From assembly GCA_020353515.1 (NCBI GenBank), contig CP070695.1, forward strand, positions 3,646,277 through 3,710,276: DNA of 64,000 nt, written 5' to 3'. Of the stretch, positions 29,212-38,759 are shown piece by piece; the stretch's first letter is position 1, and each line of letters starts with the position of its first letter. The DNA is from Candidatus Heimdallarchaeota archaeon. Lineage in GTDB: Archaea > Asgardarchaeota > Heimdallarchaeia > Hodarchaeales > Hodarchaeaceae. The position numbers and the translations under genes are program-made. The notes beneath the pieces are model-generated. The model saw nothing but the letters and a program-made list of their open reading frames with translations. It was not told the DNA's origin and did no database searches.

Positions 29212-32200
29212 GTGAAGCCATTATTTTCAATTTTAGTATTGCTGGTACTTGTATTAGGATTGAATAACTGGATTATAGAACCAGAGTCTCAAATAAATGA
29301 CAAAAGTTTTTTCCTAAAAACCTTGAGAGACCAATCTAAATTCAAATACACGTCAATTCAAGAACCAAAAAGTTCACTCTTCAATAATGCTTCATGGGTT
29401 GATTCTCCCGTCGATGATGATGGTAATGGCTTATATGATTACTTGGTGATAAGTAACATAAGCCTCACTAGTATTACTCAATCAATGTATTTACTTGGGG
29501 TTCTGAAAGGCAATAATGGCCAATGTCTTGGCATAGAAAAGATTACAATAGCACCTTCTGATAATAACATTTCCCTTTTTTTTAATGGACAACCAATCAA
29601 TGCTAGTGGCTCAGATGGCTATTATGAGGTGTGGGTGTCTGTATCGACAAATTATGCTTATCAGGGTTTCAATTTAACTTTAATGTATATTACTTCTCAA
29701 GCTTATAACGCCAATGAGTTTGAAGAAGCTTCTGCGATCATTATAGGGTTTTCAGATGAAGGATATGATACTGATGGAGATAATTTGTTTAATGAGATCA
29801 CAATAGAAGTAACAATTCAAGTCAGACAAGAAGATTATTATTACTTGAGACTTGTTCTAGAATCAAGCAATATATTTGTAGAAGACCAAAACTTCTCAGT
29901 GGACTGGCATGGGCATTTATCTATTGGTATAGAAACTGTTAGGGTCAATATTACAACGTCAAATTTCTATGCAACAAAACTTAATGGTCCTTATTCTGTA
30001 AATCTAGCTTATATTGCTTATATTGTATGGGACTTCCACATTAATCACCATTTCCTTACTGATATGTATACTACAAGAATTTACAATTATACTGATTTTG
30101 ATCCCCCTGCAGTGTTTTTGACGGGAACTTACGGTGATCGAGGAGATGATACAGATGGAGATGGAAAGTTCAATCAACTGGTAATCGATGTGGAGATTAA
30201 TGTCACCTTAGCAGGATCGTATTATGTTAACCTCGAATTAAGCTCTACCAAAAACGATATTACATTATGGGAGGGGAGTGAAGAGGACTATGATGTTGGA
30301 ATCCATGTCGTTTCTATATCGTTTGATTTAGAAATAATTCTACTATATTCTCACCAATTAAACACTTCATATAACGTGAATTCTATTCAACTTATTCAGG
30401 ACGGAAACTTAATTACTGAGGTTTATTCCCCTTATACCACCCGTATCTACAATTATACAGAGTTTGATCCACCTGTAGCTTTTTTAACAGGAACCTACAG
30501 TGATCGAGGAGTAGATACAGATGGAGATGGGAAGTTCAATCAACTGGTATTCGATGTGGAGATTAATGTTACCTATTCTGGACTCTACAACTTATACATC
30601 GAGTTGAGCTCAAAGGATGGGAAGAATTACAATCAAGAATTATATATGGACCACTGGGAGGATGGCCTCCGAAATATTTCTTTTTCTTTTGATATTGATA
30701 ATATAAATTTTGGCCTCTACCAAAATACATCGTTCGTGATCGATTATATCTGTATAAGAACTCCTCCTCCTAGTTATAATGAAATTAATTGGAGATTTGA
30801 TGCATATGAAACTCGTTTATACAACTATACTGAGTTTGATCCACCTACAGCGTTCTTAACAGGAACCTACAGTGATCAAGGAGTTGATACAGATGGAGAT
30901 GGGAGATTTGATGAGCTGATAATTAACATAGAAATTAATTTCACAAAAGAAGCAAGATATAAAATAGAAATCGTTCTACGTGATATGTATTCAGAAACTT
31001 CTATTACTAAGGTTAAAAGGAGTGATTGGACGGAGGGAACGAGAAACATCTCATTTTCTATAGATGCTTACGCATTATATCCCAGTATTCCAAGAGGTAC
31101 TCTGTATGTATTAGAATTTATGACCGTTTATGATTCAAACAATAACCTCATATCTCAATCCCATCAGAATTCAACACTTAACTACTACTATACTGACTTT
31201 GACATTCATCAGATTACGATTGACGGAAATAACGATTTTAATATGTTAATAAGGGATGAAAACTGGCCAGGAAATGGAACCTTCCCAAACCCCTATATTA
31301 TAGAAGAGTTATCAATGAACGGCCCAAAATCAATTGATTTAATCAGTATTAGAAATACAATGGTATATTTTAATATTACCAACTGTTCATTAAATGGAGG
31401 GGCAGCCGGAATAAACTTATACAATGTTGAAAACGCACATATTTCTAATAATCTAATTCAGAATAATAATGAGGGAATTTATCTTAGATTTTCTGATAAT
31501 AATGTTATTACTGGCAATACGATCACCACGACCAATAACGGCATCCGTTTAGGATCTAATAACTTAAATTTCCCCAACACAGTCAATAACAATACGATTA
31601 TCAACAATGTATTTTACAATAATTCACATAGTGGTGTTTGGTGTGCATATGAATCAAGAGGTAATTTGATAAAATGGAACGATTTCAAAGACAATGGTCA
31701 ACCAACAGATTCTCAAGCTATGGATAATGGTTTAAATAATTCTTTTTCATCCAATCATTGGTATAATTGGACGAGTAATGAGCCATATCTGATTATTGGT
31801 TATCCTGGTACTGTTGACTCAAACCCTCTTAATTATCCTCACCATTTATCAAAACCAACGATTAATTTCCCCAATGGGGGAGAAACACTAACAGCTGACA
31901 TTGTAATTGATTGGACTCCCTCTAAAGATGATTTAGGACATGATATTACCTATTCAATCTATTTCTCATCGGATAATGGTAGTACATGGATTCTACTTGG
32001 CACTAATTTTTTGATTGCAAGCTTTCGATGGGATACCCGCTATGTCCCGCTAGGATCTTCTTTTTTAGTGAGGGTAATTGCTTTAGATTCATTCGGATTC
32101 TTTGTTATGGATACTTCTGATCAGCCTTTTACAATTCAGGGCCCCTCACCTTCCTCAACCTTACTCTTCAGATTAGTACTTTTTTTACTTATTTGTTCTT

Positions 32201-32235
32201 TACTTGTTATTTTGATAAAAAAGAAGGCTAAATAA
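29212..32235 (+). CDS. Large cell-surface glycoprotein: five DxDGDG-containing beta-sandwich repeats, NosD/parallel beta-helix region, Ig-like domain, C-terminal TM anchor
   Basis: Signal peptide, repeated GxDTDGDGxFxxLxxxVEIN, WPGNGT..NPYII and Asn-rich beta-helix, PNGGE...YSIYFS.DNG.TW, many NxS/T sequons, TM plus KKKAK. Confidence 0.8.
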   Translation: MKPLFSILVLLVLVLGLNNWIIEPESQINDKSFFLKTLRDQSKFKYTSIQEPKSSLFNNASWVDSPVDDDGNGLYDYLVISNISLTSITQSMYLLGVLKGNNGQCLGIEKITIAPSDNNISLFFNGQPINASGSDGYYEVWVSVSTNYAYQGFNLTLMYITSQAYNANEFEEASAIIIGFSDEGYDTDGDNLFNEITIEVTIQVRQEDYYYLRLVLESSNIFVEDQNFSVDWHGHLSIGIETVRVNITTSNFYATKLNGPYSVNLAYIAYIVWDFHINHHFLTDMYTTRIYNYTDFDPPAVFLTGTYGDRGDDTDGDGKFNQLVIDVEINVTLAGSYYVNLELSSTKNDITLWEGSEEDYDVGIHVVSISFDLEIILLYSHQLNTSYNVNSIQLIQDGNLITEVYSPYTTRIYNYTEFDPPVAFLTGTYSDRGVDTDGDGKFNQLVFDVEINVTYSGLYNLYIELSSKDGKNYNQELYMDHWEDGLRNISFSFDIDNINFGLYQNTSFVIDYICIRTPPPSYNEINWRFDAYETRLYNYTEFDPPTAFLTGTYSDQGVDTDGDGRFDELIINIEINFTKEARYKIEIVLRDMYSETSITKVKRSDWTEGTRNISFSIDAYALYPSIPRGTLYVLEFMTVYDSNNNLISQSHQNSTLNYYYTDFDIHQITIDGNNDFNMLIRDENWPGNGTFPNPYIIEELSMNGPKSIDLISIRNTMVYFNITNCSLNGGAAGINLYNVENAHISNNLIQNNNEGIYLRFSDNNVITGNTITTTNNGIRLGSNNLNFPNTVNNNTIINNVFYNNSHSGVWCAYESRGNLIKWNDFKDNGQPTDSQAMDNGLNNSFSSNHWYNWTSNEPYLIIGYPGTVDSNPLNYPHHLSKPTINFPNGGETLTADIVIDWTPSKDDLGHDITYSIYFSSDNGSTWILLGTNFLIASFRWDTRYVPLGSSFLVRVIALDSFGFFVMDTSDQPFTIQGPSPSSTLLFRLVLFLLICSLLVILIKKKAK
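29413..31205 (+). repeat. Five intragenic tandem repeats of about 354-381 nt
   Basis: DxDG(N/D) motifs start at 29413, 29767, 30148, 30514 and 30886. 30148-30203 and 30514-30569 differ at only 2 of 56 nt. Confidence 0.85.
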
Positions 32236-32280
32236 AATCCACTTTCTTATCCGAATTTTTTTTCTGAAATTTACATTTAA

Positions 32281-33366
32281 TTACTTATCAGGTATTCCCC
32301 CCTGAAGAGCTTTTAGAGTTTCTTCATCCAATCTTTCTTTTGAATAGTTAGGATTGTCTGCATATTTTTTAGTAAAATCATAAATGCCAAAATCCATGTT
32401 TTTATAACTCCAATAAGTATAAGAAATTTGATATTTACGAAAAATGGATATTAAGTCAGTAAGCCAATTCTTTCGGGTTTCTTGATCAGCTTTTACCACA
32501 CAACCAAACTCTCCACATAAAATTGGGACTTTATACTTCTCTCTAAAAGCTAAGACAGGAGAAATTAGCTTTTCGAGTTCTAGTTTATTCCATTCTATAT
32601 CCTGTCTCTCAAAAAATGAAGCAAATTGAGGGGAGACTCTGGCAACCTCCTCCTTCATGTTTGCTAAACCCTCAGGCCTTCCTGGATATTTTACATACCT
32701 TCTATAGATATTATTATAAACAAAAGGAACCCATTCAGCCATCTGATGAGTTATCACATGTGGTTCATAAAAATGAAAACTATAAACAATTTTCTCATCA
32801 GGAAATTTCCTCATATTCTTAAAAGTTGAAGCTTGTCCCCAAAGATTTGATTCAACGATGATATAACTGTTTGTATCATTTTTCCTAATTGTAGGAAGTA
32901 CCTCTTTCACTAATTCATACCAATCTGAGTCTTCTGGTGCAATTGGTTCATTCATGATCTCATACATAACATTTTTTGATGTTTGATACCTTTTAGAAAG
33001 CATATCCCAAATTTTGAGAAATCTTTTACGATTCTCAGAGTTCTTATCCCATAGGTCATTGTTTTCACTTTCTCTAACATCGAAAGTATGTCCTGGGGCT
33101 TTATGTAAATCTAAAATAAGAAAAATATTATTTTGATGAGTCCAGTTAACCACTCGATCTATCAATTTCAGTCTATTTTCTAAATAATAAAATGGTTTTT
33201 CACCAGTTTCAAAGAAAAAGTAATCAACGGGCAGTCTAATGATATTAAACCCCCATCCTTTAATAATTTCTATATCATCAACTGTTATGAATGTATTTAG
33301 ATGTTCCTCATTAAATTCGTCCGCTTGAGAAAAATAACCACCAATATTCACACCTTGTAAGTACAT
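32281..33366 (-). CDS. Cytoplasmic GH5 endoglucanase/beta-1,3-1,4-glucanase (CelC-like)
   Basis: GVNIGG..SQ...EHLNTFIT..DI, RLPVDY, LDLHKAPG, YEIMNEP, FHFYEP..THQ.A.W and CGEFG; resembles C. thermocellum CelC. Confidence 0.87.
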   Translation of the reverse strand: MYLQGVNIGGYFSQADEFNEEHLNTFITVDDIEIIKGWGFNIIRLPVDYFFFETGEKPFYYLENRLKLIDRVVNWTHQNNIFLILDLHKAPGHTFDVRESENNDLWDKNSENRKRFLKIWDMLSKRYQTSKNVMYEIMNEPIAPEDSDWYELVKEVLPTIRKNDTNSYIIVESNLWGQASTFKNMRKFPDEKIVYSFHFYEPHVITHQMAEWVPFVYNNIYRRYVKYPGRPEGLANMKEEVARVSPQFASFFERQDIEWNKLELEKLISPVLAFREKYKVPILCGEFGCVVKADQETRKNWLTDLISIFRKYQISYTYWSYKNMDFGIYDFTKKYADNPNYSKERLDEETLKALQGGIPDK

Positions 33367-33367
33367 G

Positions 33368-33919
33368 CTACATCTCCTTGTGTAATAAATTTGGGTTATC
33401 TTTATTCATTATTTTATAGAGATTTCTTATCGTATTAATCTGACCAAAATGATAAGTATCATGAAAAATCATCGTTGAGATTATTTGTTTTATTGGCCAT
33501 AATTCCCCCCAATTAGTAGAAACTAACTCCTCTAATTGTCCATCAGATAGATTCTTAATACTGTCTATTAATCGGGTCTGAGTTTGTTGTAAGTAAGCAA
33601 TACAGTCTGGCCATTCGGGACTTTTAAGGTCGTTCCAGTTCAAAGTACCTTCCCTGAAAGCATATTCGTCATACATCTGCTTACATTGTGCTATATGAAT
33701 GACCTTATATTCGATAGTAGAAACGGGATCCAATGTTTGGGCTGAAACCCATTCATTTCCTTTTTCATTCCACTGTTTAATGATTTCTAAAGTTCTGGAA
33801 TGAGGAGTAAGCCTCCACTGTGCTTCTTCCTTCGAAATTTCATTCAAATCATGTACTAGTCTTTGAAAACCCCTTTCTAACTCCCATATCATCATTTGAA
33901 CCGTATTTTTTCCATTCAC
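33368..33919 (-). CDS. DinB family protein
   Basis: STIEYKVIHI and HDTYHFGQI. Confidence 0.78.
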   Translation of the reverse strand: MNGKNTVQMMIWELERGFQRLVHDLNEISKEEAQWRLTPHSRTLEIIKQWNEKGNEWVSAQTLDPVSTIEYKVIHIAQCKQMYDEYAFREGTLNWNDLKSPEWPDCIAYLQQTQTRLIDSIKNLSDGQLEELVSTNWGELWPIKQIISTMIFHDTYHFGQINTIRNLYKIMNKDNPNLLHKEM

Positions 33920-33972
33920 TTTTCAAAACTCCATATACCGTTTAAAAGTGTGAAATTATCTGGTCTTCACTT

Positions 33973-35631
33973 CTATTTTCCATTACCGATCCAGATACAA
34001 TCTTCTAGATCTATTTGAGGGACTCTAAAGAGGGGATCTATTTGAATAAAAACGGGTTTTCGAGTAGATTCAAACCCTATGATTTGCGATCCCTTTTTTG
34101 TGAAAGTAACAGGTTTAATAAACAACTCGCCTTCTGGAGAAGTCCGATACCCAATATCAGTTATCAATTCTATATTTTGTTCTGATTCAACCTTTATTCC
34201 GACTTTTGTTATAAAATTATCCTTCGTTTCTTGTGAATCGACACTAGTAATAGAAATATCGATTTTTGGAACTTGGTTAATCCAGGGGTCTAAATATTCT
34301 ATAATATTGACTGAAGTTTCCTTTTCTAAGCATACAAAGAGTTCATCATAAGTCACATTTTTATAACCATATTCTCTGAAAAAACGTCCCAATCCATTAA
34401 AAAACGCATTGTCTCCAATTTTTTGTCTTAATTGTTCCCATACTAGAGCGCCATAATAATATATTAGAGCAAAATTTTCCTTTATTCCACCAATTTTGTC
34501 AACATTTGACAGAGTTTTATCAGTCTTGAAACCTTTACTTTCAATATAGCTATTTATAAAAAATCTCCTTGCAAGGGCACCTACATTCACATTTGCAATT
34601 TTTTCCATTGCCCAAGCGGTAATGAAATTCGCTCCTCCCTCAGCGAACCACTCAAAGAGATTACCAGAAAAGTAAACATAGAATAAATTCCAATTATGAA
34701 AAATTTCATGAGCACATATTCCTGCCATATAGGGTTCATTCAAGAATTTAGTATCGAAGTAGATAGTATTCCCCTTGTTTTCTGCACCTCCGATGGTTGA
34801 ATCATATGCTCCCACAGTCGCAAACTTGTATGTTTTTGTTCCATTATCACCAAAGTATTCGTAAAATAGCTGTACGATATGGATAAGAGAATGTAATAGA
34901 TCTTTATCTAAAGACAACCCAGGATAAATGTAAAAATCAACACTCAAACCATTTTTGCTTTGACTAAATTTCTGATAAGGTGCAACTGAAAATGCTGGGA
35001 TATTAGGAGTTTTACTTCGGTAATGGTCAAGAATAAATCCGTTTTCCTTTTTAGTAGATTTTAATAAACCAGGGACACAAGAATAATTTCCTTCAGGATA
35101 CTTTATTGTGAGATCAAAAGGTGCCGAAGGTTCTCCATAAAGTACATGAAAATAATGACCACTAAAAGGCTCAATAGCATAACTTACTAGCGGATCAACC
35201 ACAAAAGACCACATATACTCTGGATTACTTTTGTTTATTTCATCAGCGGCCATATGAACGTTTAAATAAATTGAAAGTGTTTGGTTAGGTTTAATGCAAT
35301 TTTGTTCAAAATTAATTTTGATAAATTGATATAGAATTCCCTCAAATCCTTCGTAACGTATAAATTGGTCTTCAAATTGAGTAATTATATATTTATGGTT
35401 AAGTATTTTGTCAGTGGTAAGGTCTTTAATGATGATAGAGTCAATCACTAGATCTCTGTATAAAATGGCTTCGATTTCTTTAATATCTTTATTCGATATA
35501 TTTCTCACTGTGATTTTTTGTTTTGATCTGAATAATCCTTTCTCTGGATCGATTTCATAAAATAAATCATAATTGAGGATTTGGAACAATTTCTCTTTCT
35601 CAAGGGTTTCAATAAAGTACTGAACACGCAT
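33973..35631 (-). CDS. M1-like (gluzincin) zinc aminopeptidase
   Basis: GGAEN, HEIFH-x18-E (WFAEG), Y..GALVW..LR..IGD..F and C-terminal IDP. Confidence 0.82.
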   Translation of the reverse strand: MRVQYFIETLEKEKLFQILNYDLFYEIDPEKGLFRSKQKITVRNISNKDIKEIEAILYRDLVIDSIIIKDLTTDKILNHKYIITQFEDQFIRYEGFEGILYQFIKINFEQNCIKPNQTLSIYLNVHMAADEINKSNPEYMWSFVVDPLVSYAIEPFSGHYFHVLYGEPSAPFDLTIKYPEGNYSCVPGLLKSTKKENGFILDHYRSKTPNIPAFSVAPYQKFSQSKNGLSVDFYIYPGLSLDKDLLHSLIHIVQLFYEYFGDNGTKTYKFATVGAYDSTIGGAENKGNTIYFDTKFLNEPYMAGICAHEIFHNWNLFYVYFSGNLFEWFAEGGANFITAWAMEKIANVNVGALARRFFINSYIESKGFKTDKTLSNVDKIGGIKENFALIYYYGALVWEQLRQKIGDNAFFNGLGRFFREYGYKNVTYDELFVCLEKETSVNIIEYLDPWINQVPKIDISITSVDSQETKDNFITKVGIKVESEQNIELITDIGYRTSPEGELFIKPVTFTKKGSQIIGFESTRKPVFIQIDPLFRVPQIDLEDCIWIGNGK

Positions 35632-35824
35632 AATGTATCAAATATACAAAAAAATGTAAATATCCATATAAGAATATCTTTATTGGCAAATCAATAAATT
35701 TGAGTGGAGAATTCTAGTTTATAGAATTTTTAAATCAAAAAACTGGTAGTTTCAGAAATTTAAATAAACCACCTCTAAGTACTTTTGACTATACCCAAAC
35801 TGTTTTTCAAGAAGGAACGTCTTA

Positions 35825-36772
35825 ATGGATCCATTTTTCATATCATTAGCCTTCATTGGAACTATTGTTATTTCGATAAGTTTTGTATATAGTAAGTTAG
35901 TTCTTGCTCAAATTAAAAATCCAATACACATGTTATTTCTTCAGATAACAATAAACTACATTCTCTTGTTAATTATCTACTTACCAAGTCTCTTAGTGTT
36001 TGGTTCCGAATTAAATGTAAATTTATCCATTAACAATATTTTCATTATATTTTGTTCTGCAATGGCGATTTTCACTGGATTGATCGCATTTTTTATTGGA
36101 TTACATGAGGGAAATGTTTCTGCTGGAGGAGTAATTGTTTCATCAAGAGTAATTGTTAGTCTTTTCTTAGCATGGATGTTCTTAAATGAGCGTTTTCCTT
36201 TCAACTCGTACCTTTTTATTTTTATAGTGTTCATTGGGGTTCTACTGGTATCATGGCAACAAGAGTTGAAATTAAAGGAAATAATCCTGTTTAAATCCAG
36301 TGGTTCGGGGTGGTTCCTAGTTGCTGTTACTTTTTTTGCAATAGGAAATGCATTTATTCGCCTACTTAGCAATCAGATCAATGTTCTCACTCAACTTGTA
36401 TTCCGATTGACATTTCTATTAATTGCTACTCTCCTGACCTACCCCTTATTAAATAGGAAGATTGGAGATAAAAGACACTTAAAGGAAACTCTTGGAAAAC
36501 CAAAACTGGTTTTACAGGCCACAATATATGTGATACTGATAATGATAGCAGATATTACCACTACTCTCGCTATAGGGGAATCATTAACTATTACTGAAGC
36601 TATTACTGCTTTAGAAGGTCTTTTTGTATTTATTTTCATGTTTCTCGTCGCACAAAATGAAACTCTCCTGAACGCTCTTCAAGAACCCTTTGATAAAAAA
36701 ACTCTAACAGTAAGATTTCTAGGAGTAATAATAGCCACTATTGGGATAATTAGTTTTATATCCAGTCTATGA
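35825..36772 (+). CDS. EamA/DMT family transporter
   Basis: About ten hydrophobic segments in two repeats; FLNER loop motif. Confidence 0.8.
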   Translation: MDPFFISLAFIGTIVISISFVYSKLVLAQIKNPIHMLFLQITINYILLLIIYLPSLLVFGSELNVNLSINNIFIIFCSAMAIFTGLIAFFIGLHEGNVSAGGVIVSSRVIVSLFLAWMFLNERFPFNSYLFIFIVFIGVLLVSWQQELKLKEIILFKSSGSGWFLVAVTFFAIGNAFIRLLSNQINVLTQLVFRLTFLLIATLLTYPLLNRKIGDKRHLKETLGKPKLVLQATIYVILIMIADITTTLAIGESLTITEAITALEGLFVFIFMFLVAQNETLLNALQEPFDKKTLTVRFLGVIIATIGIISFISSL

Positions 36773-36784
36773 TAAAAAAAGAAA

Positions 36785-36796
36785 GGTTATTTATGT
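36785..36796 (+). promoter_or_regulatory. Putative archaeal BRE/TATA promoter of the creatininase-family gene
   Basis: Purine-rich AAAGAAAGG followed by TTATTTAT, about 36 nt upstream of ATG 36830. Confidence 0.4.
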
Positions 36797-36829
36797 GTTT
36801 GATTCTATAAAGAAAAGGAACGATCAACA

Positions 36830-37681
36830 ATGAGCGATTTTTTAAATCTAAAAGGAAAAATGGGTGATTGGGGGCCGTTTGAGCTGGCTAGTTCAAATAC
36901 ATTAATTTTCTCGATGGGAAATCCCTGTGAAGGTCATGGACCTGCATTATCTCCTGATAATGATAGTCGCTGTGCTAGTTTCGTAGCTTATCATGTATCA
37001 GAACGATCTGGAGCCAAATTTGTAGCTCACATACCGTATACTACTGATCAAGTTGGGGATATAGCATTAGATTGGAGTCCTGCTTATATACCAATGGAAG
37101 AATGTGTGAATAATTGTGTAGCTTTTATAGAATACCATTGTAAGGTTCTTCAAGAAATAGGTATTGAATTTTCTAGAATCATCATTATAAATGGTCATGG
37201 TGGTAATTATGGAGTTGATAAATTCTCTATTTGGGACGAGTTAAAAACTAAATTCAGATTGTCTGATTTAAAATTTATAAACACATATGAGGTAGATATT
37301 CATGAAGTCCTTCAATCACAAGATTTCTCTACTGAAACTCATGACGCTTATTTGACTGCAGTACAAACAGGAGGGCATGCAGATACTATTGAACACTCAA
37401 TTGCGACATTATATAGTGGAATCGATTATGGGAAGTTCTACCAAATGAATAAATTCATTAAAACAGATATAGGAGCTGCTTTGAAAAAATGGCCTATTTT
37501 AGGAGGATTAGGAGGTTACCTCAAATTTGGTGGAGAACGTTATGAACCGTTGAGAAAGGTAGGACTAGAACGGTGTTTGAGACAATTTGAAGAAGATGGA
37601 CAAATCTATTTATTTCCAGAATTAGCCCAAATTGTGATGGAACATCTTGTAAAAAGGATTACCAATATCATAAGATCTTAA
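36830..37681 (+). CDS. Creatininase/ArfB-like amidohydrolase
   Basis: G...EGHGPAL..D.D, IINGHGGN and GHA...E.S metal ligands. Confidence 0.8.
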   Translation: MSDFLNLKGKMGDWGPFELASSNTLIFSMGNPCEGHGPALSPDNDSRCASFVAYHVSERSGAKFVAHIPYTTDQVGDIALDWSPAYIPMEECVNNCVAFIEYHCKVLQEIGIEFSRIIIINGHGGNYGVDKFSIWDELKTKFRLSDLKFINTYEVDIHEVLQSQDFSTETHDAYLTAVQTGGHADTIEHSIATLYSGIDYGKFYQMNKFIKTDIGAALKKWPILGGLGGYLKFGGERYEPLRKVGLERCLRQFEEDGQIYLFPELAQIVMEHLVKRITNIIRS

Positions 37682-37720
37682 AAGGATTTCTGTAAAATAA
37701 TTGTTTAAAGTGGTTGAAAA

Positions 37721-38725
37721 ATGAAAGCTCAACATATAATATTCCCTTCACCTGATATAATAGAACTAGAAGAGTTTGAGTTTGATATCACAGATTTGGG
37801 AAAGACAGATATAGCAATAGAAACAGAGTTCAGTATTGTCAGTACTGGGACAGAGCTAGCAATACTTAAGGGTATAGAATCGTGGGCTCCTTTACCTTTT
37901 GTCCCTGGGTATGGATCTATCGGAAAAATTATAGCAATGGGTAAAGCCATAAAACAATTAAAGATAGGTGATCGTGTATTCACCTTTGGTAAGCATACTA
38001 GCCATGGTTTAACATCTGTACTTACTCTTCCAGTACCAGATGGTCTAGATAGTTTGGAAGCTGTTATTACTAGGATGGCTGCAGTTTCGATAACTGCAAA
38101 TCGCGTATCACAAGCTGAACTTGGTGATTATGTTTCTATATTCGGGTTAGGGTTGGTTGGTAATTTATCAGCACAATTATTCGCACTTCAGGGATGTGAA
38201 GTGATTGGAATTGACATTTCTCAATCAAGACTTGACTTAGCTAAAAAATGTGGTATAAAACATACTATAAATCCCTTGGAAGAGGACATAAATAAAGAAA
38301 TATATGCTATTACTAATGGGGAGATGTGTAGCTCTGTAATTGAAGCCACTGGGCTGCCATCAGTTGCTGAACAAGCAATTACGTGTGCTGGTGTATTAGG
38401 AGAACTTATCCTGCTTGGAAGTCCAAGGGAAGAATATCAAACTAATTTAACGGACTTTCTCAATCGAAGCCATCTCATGACACATGGTTGTATAACAATC
38501 AAGGGAGCATTAGAATGGCGTTTTCCTGTCAAGAGAAATACAATATCCAAACATTCTATTGAAAGGAATTTAGAGATTATCTTCAAATTTATCCAAGGAA
38601 ACAAACTAAAAGTTTCTAACCTTATTACTCATGTATTATCCCCCTCGAAGTGTAAAGAAGCGTATGAGGGGTTAAAAAACAATAAAGATGAATATATTGG
38701 CGTTATTTTCGATTGGAAGAAATAA
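37721..38725 (+). CDS. MDR-family dehydrogenase (YcjQ-like, lacking canonical Zn cysteines)
   Basis: SIVSTGTE, PGYGSIG, GLGLVG and IEATG. Confidence 0.82.
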   Translation: MKAQHIIFPSPDIIELEEFEFDITDLGKTDIAIETEFSIVSTGTELAILKGIESWAPLPFVPGYGSIGKIIAMGKAIKQLKIGDRVFTFGKHTSHGLTSVLTLPVPDGLDSLEAVITRMAAVSITANRVSQAELGDYVSIFGLGLVGNLSAQLFALQGCEVIGIDISQSRLDLAKKCGIKHTINPLEEDINKEIYAITNGEMCSSVIEATGLPSVAEQAITCAGVLGELILLGSPREEYQTNLTDFLNRSHLMTHGCITIKGALEWRFPVKRNTISKHSIERNLEIIFKFIQGNKLKVSNLITHVLSPSKCKEAYEGLKNNKDEYIGVIFDWKK

Positions 38726-38759
38726 AGAATCATCAAGTCTTCGATAAAATATAAGAAGC

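Noticed and set aside
30079-30935. Near-identical repeats as a CRISPR array or DGR template/variable pair
   Set aside because: They are in-frame coding repeats about 370 nt apart. The differences are not adenine-specific, and no cas or reverse transcriptase gene is present.
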